64,000 nucleotides of DNA from Lingula anatina (Eukaryota; Animalia; Brachiopoda). The DNA is taken from contig CM120644.1 of assembly GCA_051362555.1 (NCBI GenBank), forward strand, positions 17,134,534-17,198,533, given 5' to 3'. Below the pieces are notes generated by a model. The model saw only the letters and a list, made by a program, of their open reading frames with translations, did not search any database and had not been told where the DNA came from. Numbering within the stretch: the first letter of the stretch is position 1; each line of letters starts with the position of its first letter. The translations under genes and the position numbers were made by a program. Below are positions 41,545-51,455 of the stretch, piece after piece.

Positions 41545-44500
41545 ACCACACTGCGCTCTCTGCCACAGTTCCTCTGATCTGATTCCCAGCTAAGTCAATG
41601 TAGCAAGCACCTGGTCTGCCATAGGTACTGTACCGTACTGCCTTGAAAATGTGAAAAAAAGGAGGTTAATAATAATAGTATTACAACTCTAAGGCACTGG
41701 TATACATTTTTACAGGAACATTTTTTTATCAAAGCTCACTTTTACTTGCAGTCCGGGTTTCAGGGTACTGAAGAATCACAACCTGAGTGTCAGGGTACTA
41801 AAAAACCACAGCCTGAGTTTCAGGGTATTAAAAAATCACAGCCTGAGTGTAAGGGTACTAAAAAATTGTAGGCTGAGTGTCAGGGTACTAAAAACTTGTA
41901 GGCTGAGTTTCAAGGTACTTCCCCCAACAACATACATATTCCATCAGTTCTTCAATGTGTGTATACAGCATATGTTGGTTGAAAGGTGGGTACATGCATC
42001 TGGCATTCTTTGAATCTCATGATGGTTGACTTTAATGTGTACTTAAACTTACCTTTTCAATATAGAAAGGGATTCTCTCAATGCTGCTTGGTCGAGCAGA
42101 GAACTTGCTGAAGATACGTGTGCTTTCCACCTGTGAAATAGATCACAGAAAATTGTGTAACATGTGTGTATGTGTGAGGTGTGATTGTGCTAGTGTAGTG
42201 TGTTCATGTCTTTTTGTTAGTGTTCCTGTATGTTCATTTAGGTATAAAACATGCCCTGTCTCATTTTGAGGCACATTTGCCTATTCACATGTGTCGCATA
42301 CGTCCAGGTCTGGCAAATAAACAATATGTTTCTTACAAACTCATGGTTTTGAGTCGTTCTTGAATACAATCACTAATACAATAACTTCTAAACTGAACAC
42401 AGACAAAGAAAGAAATAAAGTTACAGATACAGAATGTATACAAACATGTATGCCTTTACCTGAGGAAATTCCTGAAATCCACCCTGACCCTCCTGGTCAG
42501 CATCAGTAGACCCACCTATTACTATCAGTGGCCTGTAAAACACATGTTATAAATATAATTATATAATATATACTATATATAATATATGCTATATATATAT
42601 ATAATATTTCATTGATTGGTTGATTATTAATAAACACCAGCAATAAAGTTGGTGAAAACGGTGAAATATTGAACATTTATTACAAAATCATCCTTTATCA
42701 AGCCAGTTATGACATCATCATTACCAGATCCTCAGTCAGAATAATCAATTAGGATTGCACTTATAGTAGACTAAGTGAAGCACTTATTTCCTAAACCTTA
42801 TCAGTTAGCAAACTAATCAGTTTGCAAGCAACTGTTTGCACATTGTTGCAAGCAACATTGCTGTTGCTGCAAATCTGCTGCAAGTTTTAAGACTAATATT
42901 TTTGGGAAGTTTGCAAAAAAGTCTTTAGACCTCATCTGCATGGCAAAAGTTCTTGAAAACTTGCAGCAAGTTTATTGCAAATGGACGTAGTACATTTGCT
43001 GCAGTGAACGGAACTATGAAGTAGTCTGCTTTTCAGTTTTGTTTGAGTCATTACTCAGGCCCGTAGCCAGGGGGGGGGGGGGTTCGGGGGGTTCAAAACC
43101 CCCCTTTTGCTGGAAAAAAGGTCCCTTCTGGGTAAAATTTTATATAGTTACATGACAGTTTCATGGTAAAAGGTCCACTTTTTCAGAAAAAGAACCCCCC
43201 TTTTGAAATAGCTGGCTACGGGCCTGTTACTAGTACTGTATTGATAACTCACCAGCCATTTTCATTGGCATTGGACATCCCTGCCAGAGCATGTACCAGT
43301 CCTGGCCCTGAGACAACAAGGCACACAGCAGGCCTAGAAAAAACAAAATGCTGTTATTTACTTAAATTTTAGTCATAGACCCCATTCCCAGACCTAGATC
43401 GATCTAGCAAGATCGTCCCATCTCCCAGGAGATTCTTGCTGAATTACATTTAGCTTAAGCGGCTTAGATGTCTGGCATGCATAGTAAAGCTGCTAAAGGA
43501 TAGTTAATTACCCGCTAACAGCTTCAGTAGGCATGCCAGACATTAGATCCACTTAAGCTGAGTGCAATTTAGCAAGTAACCCCTATTAAAGTGGAGGCTG
43601 GTTGTTCAAATAGTGTTAGTAAGTAAAAATCCTCGGAATCATGAACAATCTTTTTGATTGAGTTTTATAAAAAAGAAAAAAAAAAGACATGATGAAATAC
43701 CATATCTAAGCCATTCTCTCCTATCTTTATATCCCACTAGACTGATATTCAGAGTTGCTTGTAGTAAATGTACAATATAAAATGAATGATGCTCCAAATG
43801 ACTTAAATACTCACTTTCCTGTTAAATACCCTATGCAACCAGCAGCGTAAGATGCCTGAAAAATGATGCATTGACCATGGATATAAAATGAAAGTTTTGC
43901 CATTCAATAACTGAATGCGTTTACAAATATCAATATTTCACATGCACACACAGACACACACAGAAGAAAAAAAAAACAACAACAACAGTTACTGCTCAAG
44001 ACTTATGCACTAAATAAAATATCTTATTTTAAAGTCAAGAGCCAGGAACAAACCAACCACACTATTCTTGGCATCTTTTTAACCATCAAAAGAATACTCA
44101 CAGTAACTTAAATGATCATTAATGACATTTGAAAACACTTTCCCTCACACCCTCACATGTTAAACAGTATATTTCATTGGGAGAATACCTACTGCCTGTT
44201 CATTCCTCATTCCTACGAACTTGATTCCTTCTGCCTGGCATGCTATAGCCACCTCTGTTACTGGAATGCCCACAATCCCAAATATGTACTCCACTCCCTA
44301 GAATAGATAAACCAGAGTTGAATAAATAAATAAATAACAATACTGTGTTATAGTTAGCAATAGGTTATGCAAGCTCATTATAAGTATTTCACGCTCTATT
44401 AATGCAAGGCATATCAAAATAATGAAGTAGTTAAAAAGATCTATAACAATAACCAATGTCAGTTTTAATTTCCATTCAAAATACATGTACCAGTACATGA

Positions 44501-44925
44501 TACAGTGTACCAGTGTAAATAAAAGTCCTGATGTTTTTTAGTTTTTTCTTTTTTCAGTTTTTTTTTTTAATAAAACCTATAGACTACATAAGGACAAACA
44601 TGTTATTGCAGTGAAAACCTGAAAAACGGATGTTAAATTTGGAAGTCGAAAAAATTCACTGTTATCCAATGCGTTTGTGACAGGTCAGTAACTAGGTACA
44701 AACTAAAAGCAAACTCTTGTGAGCTCGAATATAATTCATTAATTGCAATTTATATATAGCGCTCAGTTGCGTTAAATAACCAACTCAAATTCAATATAAG
44801 ATATGGACCTTAGCTCAACATTGAAATCAAATGCTCCCCTTTACTTTTAAATGAGGTTAACTAACCTGAGCCTTCAACGATTGAGCTACGATGCTTGCCC
44901 CGTCTACCATCGCTTCGTCCGCCAT
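34019..44925 (-). CDS. HACL1: 2-hydroxyacyl-CoA lyase 1 (ThDP-dependent, peroxisomal alpha-oxidation), complete, 18 coding exons, 574 aa
   Basis: Exons joined by hand, all GT-AG and phase-consistent: 44925-44866, 44297-44193, 43855-43815, 43333-43253, 42532-42460, 42130-42053, 41641-41547, 41195-41083, 40506-40371, 39707-39602, 39238-39155, 37301-37194, 36598-36545, 36060-35960, 35587-35429, 35135-35028, 34643-34457, 34054-34019 (1725 nt). Motifs: [19 protein letters not shown] (catalytic Glu), [28 protein letters not shown], ThDP motif [11 protein letters not shown]...VVNN, C-terminus [11 protein letters not shown]. Confidence 0.96.
36380..36540. repeat. ~59-bp tandem repeat, ~3 units, abutting a HACL1 donor site
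   Basis: TTGACTTAATTTCTAAGGTG...GCCAGCCTTAATTTCAGTCTATA repeated. Confidence 0.85.
36624..36866. mobile_element. PIF/Harbinger-like MITE (family B)
   Basis: TIR GAGCGCATTCAGAA...TTCTGAATGCGCTC with TAA target duplication; relatives at 7888-8053 and 30969-31040. Confidence 0.85.
36761..36821 (+). mobile_element. 61-bp retroelement 3' fragment (RTE-like end) nested in a MITE
   Basis: Flanked by the 13-bp direct repeat ATGTTTAATACGT (36748-36760, 36822-36834); ends in (ATG)n; core GAGGCCTTTGTCCAACAGTGG. Confidence 0.75.
40878..41067. mobile_element. PIF/Harbinger-like MITE (family A)
   Basis: TIR GGGTCCGTTCCCAATGAAA...TTTCATTGGGAATAGACCT, TAA duplication on both sides. Confidence 0.8.
41755..41920. 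repeat. 30-bp minisatellite, ~5.5 units
   Basis: CAGGGTACTAAAAAATCACAGCCTGAGTGT-like unit starting at 41761, 41791, 41821, 41851, 41881. Confidence 0.9.
43056..43226. mobile_element. hAT-like MITE with 5-bp TSD
   Basis: TIR CAGGCCCGTAGCCAG...CTGGCTACGGGCCTG with TTACT duplicated on both sides; copies at 32027-32197, ~33330-33435 and ~57643-57945. Confidence 0.85.
43378..43590. mobile_element. Palindromic MITE (same subfamily), right end missing
   Basis: GACCCCATTCCCAGA start; inverted arms around TAATTA. Confidence 0.65.
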
Positions 44926-45010
44926 TTTGTCTGGTCACATGATCAGGCAGTCTCCTCTCCCTGGAGGTCTGATCCTGCTTCGTTGTGTAAACATTAGTTG
45001 CATTTCGCGC
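44915..45010 (-). promoter_or_regulatory. HACL1 core promoter region (possibly bidirectional)
   Basis: CpG-rich; YY1 motif AAAATGGCGG overlapping the start ATG (44925); E-box GTCACATGAT at 44934-44943. Confidence 0.55.
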
Positions 45011-45299
45011 GATTTTATATATTTTTCTAAAAGCTTCATTAACGGCCTTTCTGCTCGCAATATAGACTTTATTTTATATAAGTTATGTCGTCCCTTTGTG
45101 AGTGAATTTTAGCAGATTATTAAATTTCTTAATTGCTATAAATGAAAGTGGATGCAAATATAATTAAAAAATATATATCTGTCTGGCCAGATGTTTTGCA
45201 CTAATTTGTTTGTCTGATGAGTAATTAGGTAAAGAATATGCATGAGCTTTGAAGTGATCAAATTTGTGACGGTAATTATTCATTAAAGCTGTGTATTGA

Positions 45300-45430
45300 A
45301 AGTCCGAAGGTTCATTGGTCCGAATATTCACTATAGAACCTTCGGACAAATGAACCCTTGATTAAAAAATTGATGAAAGTGTTACCACTTTTCGGACCAA
45401 TGAGCCTTCGGACTATCGAGACGCCCCCTA
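45300..45430. mobile_element. Small palindromic repeat (MITE-like)
   Basis: GTCCGAAGGTTCATTGGTCCGAA ... TTCGGACCAATGAGCCTTCGGAC inverted units. Confidence 0.6.
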
Positions 45431-45449
45431 TTGATAAATGCACAGATCA

Positions 45450-48400
45450 CAGGTAAGTCATGAGATTGAGATGATAAGTGATATGTTTGCATATATCAGA
45501 GTTAAGTACCTGTAGGTATAAATATCATGGTAGTAAAAAAGCCATTTAAATTATTTGCTCTTGAGGGTGTAGTTGAAAAGGTGTGTGGAGACAATATATC
45601 AGTTAAGGTTCTCAGGCAGAAGAATTAAGGTATGTTTTAAATAATTTTGTAATATGTAGGCAATTGTGTAGAAAGCTAAGATGACGGAGTAATGTTTGAG
45701 GTGTAATAGGGTGAATCACCGTGCAACTGATTTCTACATGTATTATGGAAACATGTTTCATTTGAGTGTTTGGCATGGTTGCTTTTCAGTGATATTCTGA
45801 CATCAAAACCTTTGGTCTGTGACAGTATTTTAATGCAAGTTTAATTTGTTGTATGTAATGAAGAAATATAAAGGAGGATATATTTTGTGTACGTGATTTG
45901 TGAATGATGAAATTAATTGTTTACTTAATTTTAAAATGGTTATTTTAAAGGTATGGAAAGCCAAAACATGTATGAGATCTTGTTGGATGAAGGAAATGAT
46001 TGGGTGGAGACCCCACACAAAACTTAATCATGAAGAGTCAGTCAAAATGTTGGAATTTAAGGGCACTAAACCTGCTGATTCATTTATTTTGAAATATTTA
46101 TCTCAGATATGGAAAGAGGAGAGACTATCAGAATTCGCTAGAGAGGTTACGATTGGTTGTTAGAAGAAAGTAAGGTTGACGTAAAATTTAAATATAACAA
46201 AAGAAAGTGTGAAGTTTACACTTGGCGAGAAAATGTTTTGCTGTTATCGCACAAAAGAAATACCTCTGTGGCAGTATTTTTTTGATATTTGCAGATGTGA
46301 CGTTTTTTTTATTCAAAATCAAGAGAAATGTTAATTGAAAACTTAGAGAAAATAGTATAAACAGAAAACAATGTCTAAATTTACTATATTTTATGAGAAA
46401 CAAGTACTATTTACAGTGAATTTTTTTATCACAGAAAGTTATTTTCTTAAACTGTTTATAATAATGATAATAATATTTATTGAGCACTAAAATGCATACA
46501 TATTACATTTTACAGGCTCTCTACACTAGTCATAACAACTTAGCAATAATTTTACAAATCTATACAAATACTTATTGAATGATTACTGGGAAGCAGCACA
46601 GAATAAAACGACTATTAATTTGCTATTGGTGGGTGTGTCGTTTTTTCAAACTTTCAGTTATATGTAGATATATTGTTCTCAAACACGATTCACTTTTTGG
46701 ACTGAGCAGCCACTGAATTTTTTCATGATCTGTTTTCTGCTCAGGAGGTATCATTTATGTAAATTTCTTGTATTATTTAGGGAATAGGGATAGTATTCGG
46801 TTATGGCATAGCTCTTTAATGGTCAATTTTTGGTGTAATTTTTTTGTTAAATGTTCATTTTAGTTGGAAGGGTAGGAGTTGTATTAGTTCAAATGATAGT
46901 TTTTTGTTTGCGAGTGAAGTCTCTTCATAGTTATGTGTGGAGGTTAAAACCCATGGTTTGGGGTGGAGGAGACAAAGGAGAGGAGGCTATATTTGAAAGG
47001 TGAGTTAATATATATTTTGAGTTTTCAGAGTGAAGGGAAATAAGAGCATTGAGTGGAATGGTTTGTATTTTGGCTGTAATAAATATAAATAGTAATGAAG
47101 ATTTATATGATAGTTTAATTTTGTGAAGGTACTGTTTTTTATTATTATCAATCAATCAATTAATCAATCAATGATGTAACAATCTGTATTAAAGTTAATG
47201 AAAAGTAAGTGGAAAATTGTCTGATGTTTGGGGTTTATAGAGGTTCATAAAATGTATATTTGAAATGATTTATGTAATGATAGAAGTGGGAGGAATGTAT
47301 TGTAAAAGAAATTAATGAGCATGTTTGGCAATGCTAGAATATTGTTTTTATTACTTCTGTCAGGGAGGTTATTTTTATACATATCTTTGTTTGTGTTTTT
47401 CTCTGTTATAAAGATAAATAGAAAAAATTGTGGATTGTTTTTGATAAAATTTTCTGAAACTGTAAGAAGTGGGCTAAGGAACAGAGGATTAGTTTTTGGT
47501 GGAGTTCTGGATCAATAATCATGTAATTATTAATAATAAAAAAAATTGTTGTCTTGGCTGAGGTCTGCGCTCTTAGAGTACTTTTGTAGTCTTATTGTTG
47601 TTTTGATATTTTTTGCAGTGATGGCAGGTAGATTTATATGATGTAGGAAATAATATGGAATTAGTAATGGGAGCAGGGTCAGTATAGTGATTAATTAATC
47701 ACATGGTATTATTTTTCAGAGTAAACAAATGGTGATTTTTAATAGGGAAAATTTACATACACATTTTTTTTAGTATGGGAAATGTGCTTTTGGTTGTTGA
47801 TAGAGTAATGGAGTGGCATTTAGTGTAATTTATGTAAAGTTAATTGAATAATTTATTGGATTTTTGATTATGAATAAATATTATTTTTGTAGTAGAAATA
47901 GAAGTCAATTTGAACTGACAGAGTATTTTTGTTATAATTATAACATTTATTTGTGGAGATGAGTGTTTGGTATATAGACATGTTGTTTGTAATTTTTTTA
48001 TTTATATATTTTTGTTTAATTTCTGGTTTCTTAGGAATGATTATCATTGCATGTAGAGGAAAAAGGATTGGTTAAATTACAAATTTGTTTAATTATTTGG
48101 TGAGTATTTTTCTGTATTGGAAATGTAGGAATTTTTCATAATGGCAGATTAAGCTGCATAGATAATATTTATTTGTCTAGTGTATATTTTGTGGTATATG
48201 TATATGCTTATGTAATATTTTCTTAGTTAATGGATTTTTCGTACAGATGTGATTTTATGTTTAAGTAAGTATAAATGTATTTATAATTTTATTGTATGTT
48301 TACAGGCACCTTTGGGAAATTCAAAAGGTTATAAGTTTCAAGGAAATGGGAGAAGATAGACCTATGACTTTTTGCATTATAATAATTTTTTTTGTGAGGT

Positions 48401-49800
48401 AAGAGATATTTTGTTGGTTTCATTAATTACATTACATTTGAAGACAAATGTTCATATTTATTATATGGATTGTCAATGAGTGGAATAAATATGTAGTATA
48501 TTGCTTTTATAATCTAATTGTTAACACTTATGTGACAAATGATGTGATGTTTTGATCTCTTTATATTAATACTATCAGCGGGCGATGTCGATGAGCCAGA
48601 AACAACAGAAATACCGTCCAGTTCCAAAATCAGAATAGTTGCTTTATTGAATTTCACTTAGATTTTTATTACAGATTACTAGTCAAAATAACATTGTTTC
48701 ATGTTTATTTCTTTGACTTTCCACTGAGAAACTCTGGAAGATAACTTTCACACACACCTAATGCATGCCAGCACATCTTCAATTTTTGACTTCATTCAAG
48801 TATGTGTGAATAGAATACCTCCACAGTCCCTCAGCTTTACACCTAAATAACCTTATCATAATACTTATATTTTTGTTTTAGGCAATTGTGACAAAAGGAA
48901 TTTGGAAGATTGGATATAAAAACTTTTTCTGTGTCAAGATGGATATAACATTTTTTTATGTTGTCAACTTGAATATTATGTTCTAAAGTATGAAAAAGGT
49001 ATTTTAATGAAACTTTTAAAGCTAATTTTTTGTGAACTTCTTTAAATGCGTTGCGTTATTTGATGATGATGATGATTTTGCTATAAATAATTTTGGTAAG
49101 ATGTGAGTAAAATGTAATGTTGTATATAATGTTTAGAGTATAATATAAAATTAGTTTGTAAAGTAGTTTGTATTATTGAATCTATATTAATTGCTCTTAG
49201 GATTAGAAAAATATGAAAATTGGAAATATATTTTGATTATGTACTTTTAATGAAGTGGGTATTTGTGCAATCATAAATGATAGTTTACATCATAGAGAAC
49301 ATTGTTCAAGCATTGTTTTGGAAAGTGAATAGTTGTTTGCAAAGAAAATTGATGTTAAAAATTTTGAACTACAAGATGACAAGTTGATATGATTATATTA
49401 AAAGGAAGCCGATTTATAAAATGATTACTAGGTGTTGTTTATCTTTTGTTATGGGTTATGTTTCATTTGTATTAAGCAGAAGAAAGAAGTTATATGTATT
49501 TTAAAATATTTTCTTTGTAATATGAAATTTGTTTTGTGATGTACTGAAATTTAGACAATGAAATTATTTAAAAATTTGAATTATAGTGTATTTTAAAGAG
49601 AAAGTCTGGAGAAATAGTTACATTGAGTTACATAATTATTTCACAATGGCATATTTTTATGTTGAATACATTTTATATATGTTTAATTAAATACAAGGTT
49701 GCAATACGATTGTTAGGACAAGATTATTTATTGAACTGAAATTATAATAAATATTTTACTTTGAAATTGCATACATTTGGCTTGTTTTTTTAATGTTTAT
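45450..49800 (+). other. Cytosine-depleted block, putative spliced + strand transcription unit divergent from HACL1
   Basis: Many 60-nt lines have 0-3 C against 9-16 G (e.g. 47761-47880, 49081-49140). AG/GT-bounded purine-rich segments at 46107-46169, 46931-46999, 48306-48398 and 48882-48998; AATAAA at 49746-49751. Confidence 0.45.
47350..47590 (-). mobile_element. Decayed inverted copy of the 27749-27980 element
   Basis: Aligns by eye to the reverse complement of 27749-27980 (ATTACtTCtGtCAGGGAGGTTAT ... GGATCAATAATC ... GGTCTGCGCTCTtaGAGTaCTTTTgTAGT). Confidence 0.75.
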
Positions 49801-50229
49801 AGTAACATTCAGTGTATCATTGTTGACTCATACCCAGCATTTAAAGTTTCACCTCAAGTGCGTTCTTATAATTTAAGGTATATTTCGTCAAAAAATAATA
49901 TTAATAATATGATATATCGAGTTTAGAATATTTTAGATTTTACTCAAAAGTAGCATTATACATTTTTTATTTGATGCTACTGTAATAATAGGTTGCAAAA
50001 AGCAGAAAGTTATTGAAAACATTTTAATTTTGACAAAAAACTATACAATTCTGAGCAAAGATAATCAAAATGCTCACATAATTACATGGCTTTAAATCAG
50101 TATTATTCTGTGTGATTTTGCACGGCCACTGTTGTGAAAAAGCAGGTTAATTTTTGTAAAAATTGCCCCGATCATGCTGCTTTACAAAATTGACCTACGT
50201 ATTATGAATATTTACCAGTTCTGTAATTT

Positions 50230-50740
50230 TCAAGCCGGTCACAGTAAGATTGCCAGTATATGACTTCCTGACTATTGACTTATCTCTGCCAGTTTTGGAG
50301 ATATAAGGGACTAAATGTTACAATTTTGGAGTTACAATAATGTGCCATAAATTTCCTAAAAAAAATTAATAGAAATAAAGAGTAGGACATTTTGGTTGAA
50401 ATTCTAGAAATGAGAGGTGCTTAGAAGTTCAGATGTTCAAAATTCATGTAATAATGTCACTTTTGACCAGCCCCGCCAAGCCTTATGTTTTATTTTCCAG
50501 AGGTTCAAAATTTATTATCCATTACTGTTAAAAAAAACCTGGAGGTTCTAGTTGAGGTTATATGTGACCTAAATCCAAGAGATGGGGACAGGGGTCCTTG
50601 CGGTCTAGGAGGAGAAGCGGTAACGGTGACTTGTATCCAGCGCCAGTACGCGGAGCCGGTGGAGCCAACGGAGCTGGACGAGACGGGTCGGGACTAAAAC
50701 CACGAGTACCGCCAGCGTACACGCTGGTGGTACTAATAAA
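50230..50740 (+). mobile_element. 5'-truncated copy of the same HINE-like family
   Basis: One satellite unit (50230-50325) plus the same 3' region and terminal hairpin as 54790-55020. Confidence 0.75.
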
Positions 50741-51455
50741 GCAAAAGTTAAATGTCATAGATCAACATGGGGGTTTGGGAAATATCATTAGAAAAATATT
50801 CATTTTTATTAATGTCCACATAAATGGAGAGTTTCATCTCTGACCATTCATAAAGAAGTGAACAATAAGCATGAAATGTGACCATAAGCTAAATGAAACT
50901 CACATATGCAATAACAAAAATTTATTTGATTATTACCAACATTGTCAACTTCAAAATGGGCTAGACTGTTGGCTAGACAGTTTTTGTGCACACAGGAAAA
51001 AAACCCCAACAAAATCCACACTTTACATAACTATTAAAGAAGAAAGAAAAAAAGTTACCAGTAAGCTTAAATTAAAAAGATAAATAAAAGACAAAAAAAA
51101 TCCAATAATAAATATTATAAACAGGTGACGGCTATATGTTCAGGACTACCGTCTATGCATTAAAAAATTCCTAACTTTTGAAAAAACTTTAATAATTAGG
51201 CAACAATATAATCATCACTTAGCACAATTATAGAGATCCACATCAAAATAATTTTACCCCTTTTCCAAAGGCAAGTTTTATCCACTTAAAAAGCAGTTAT
51301 ATTATCATCTCAAATACCTTGTTAATGTAAATTATGACTGAAAAAATGTATTTACAACAACCTCTGTTTTACAGATATAAATGCGCATATCACTTTGCTT
51401 GGCATTACACAAAAACAATTTTTATGTATAAACAGATTATTTTACAGTAAATACA

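Noticed and set aside
45630-45659. Apparent GT...AG intron linking two exon-like segments at the start of the skewed block
   Set aside because: Only 30 nt, too short for a typical animal intron; not used in the exon chain.
46107-46999. Faint recalled peptide resemblances (RGYDWLLE to YIPF4; KPMV/VWG to IZUMO1)
   Set aside because: Only a few residues, in different frames, with no supporting flanking similarity.
50485-50758. Duplicated ORFs (EVICDLNPRDGDRGPCG..., also at 54771-55029)
   Set aside because: Chance frames in the 3' end of a non-autonomous repeat present twice.
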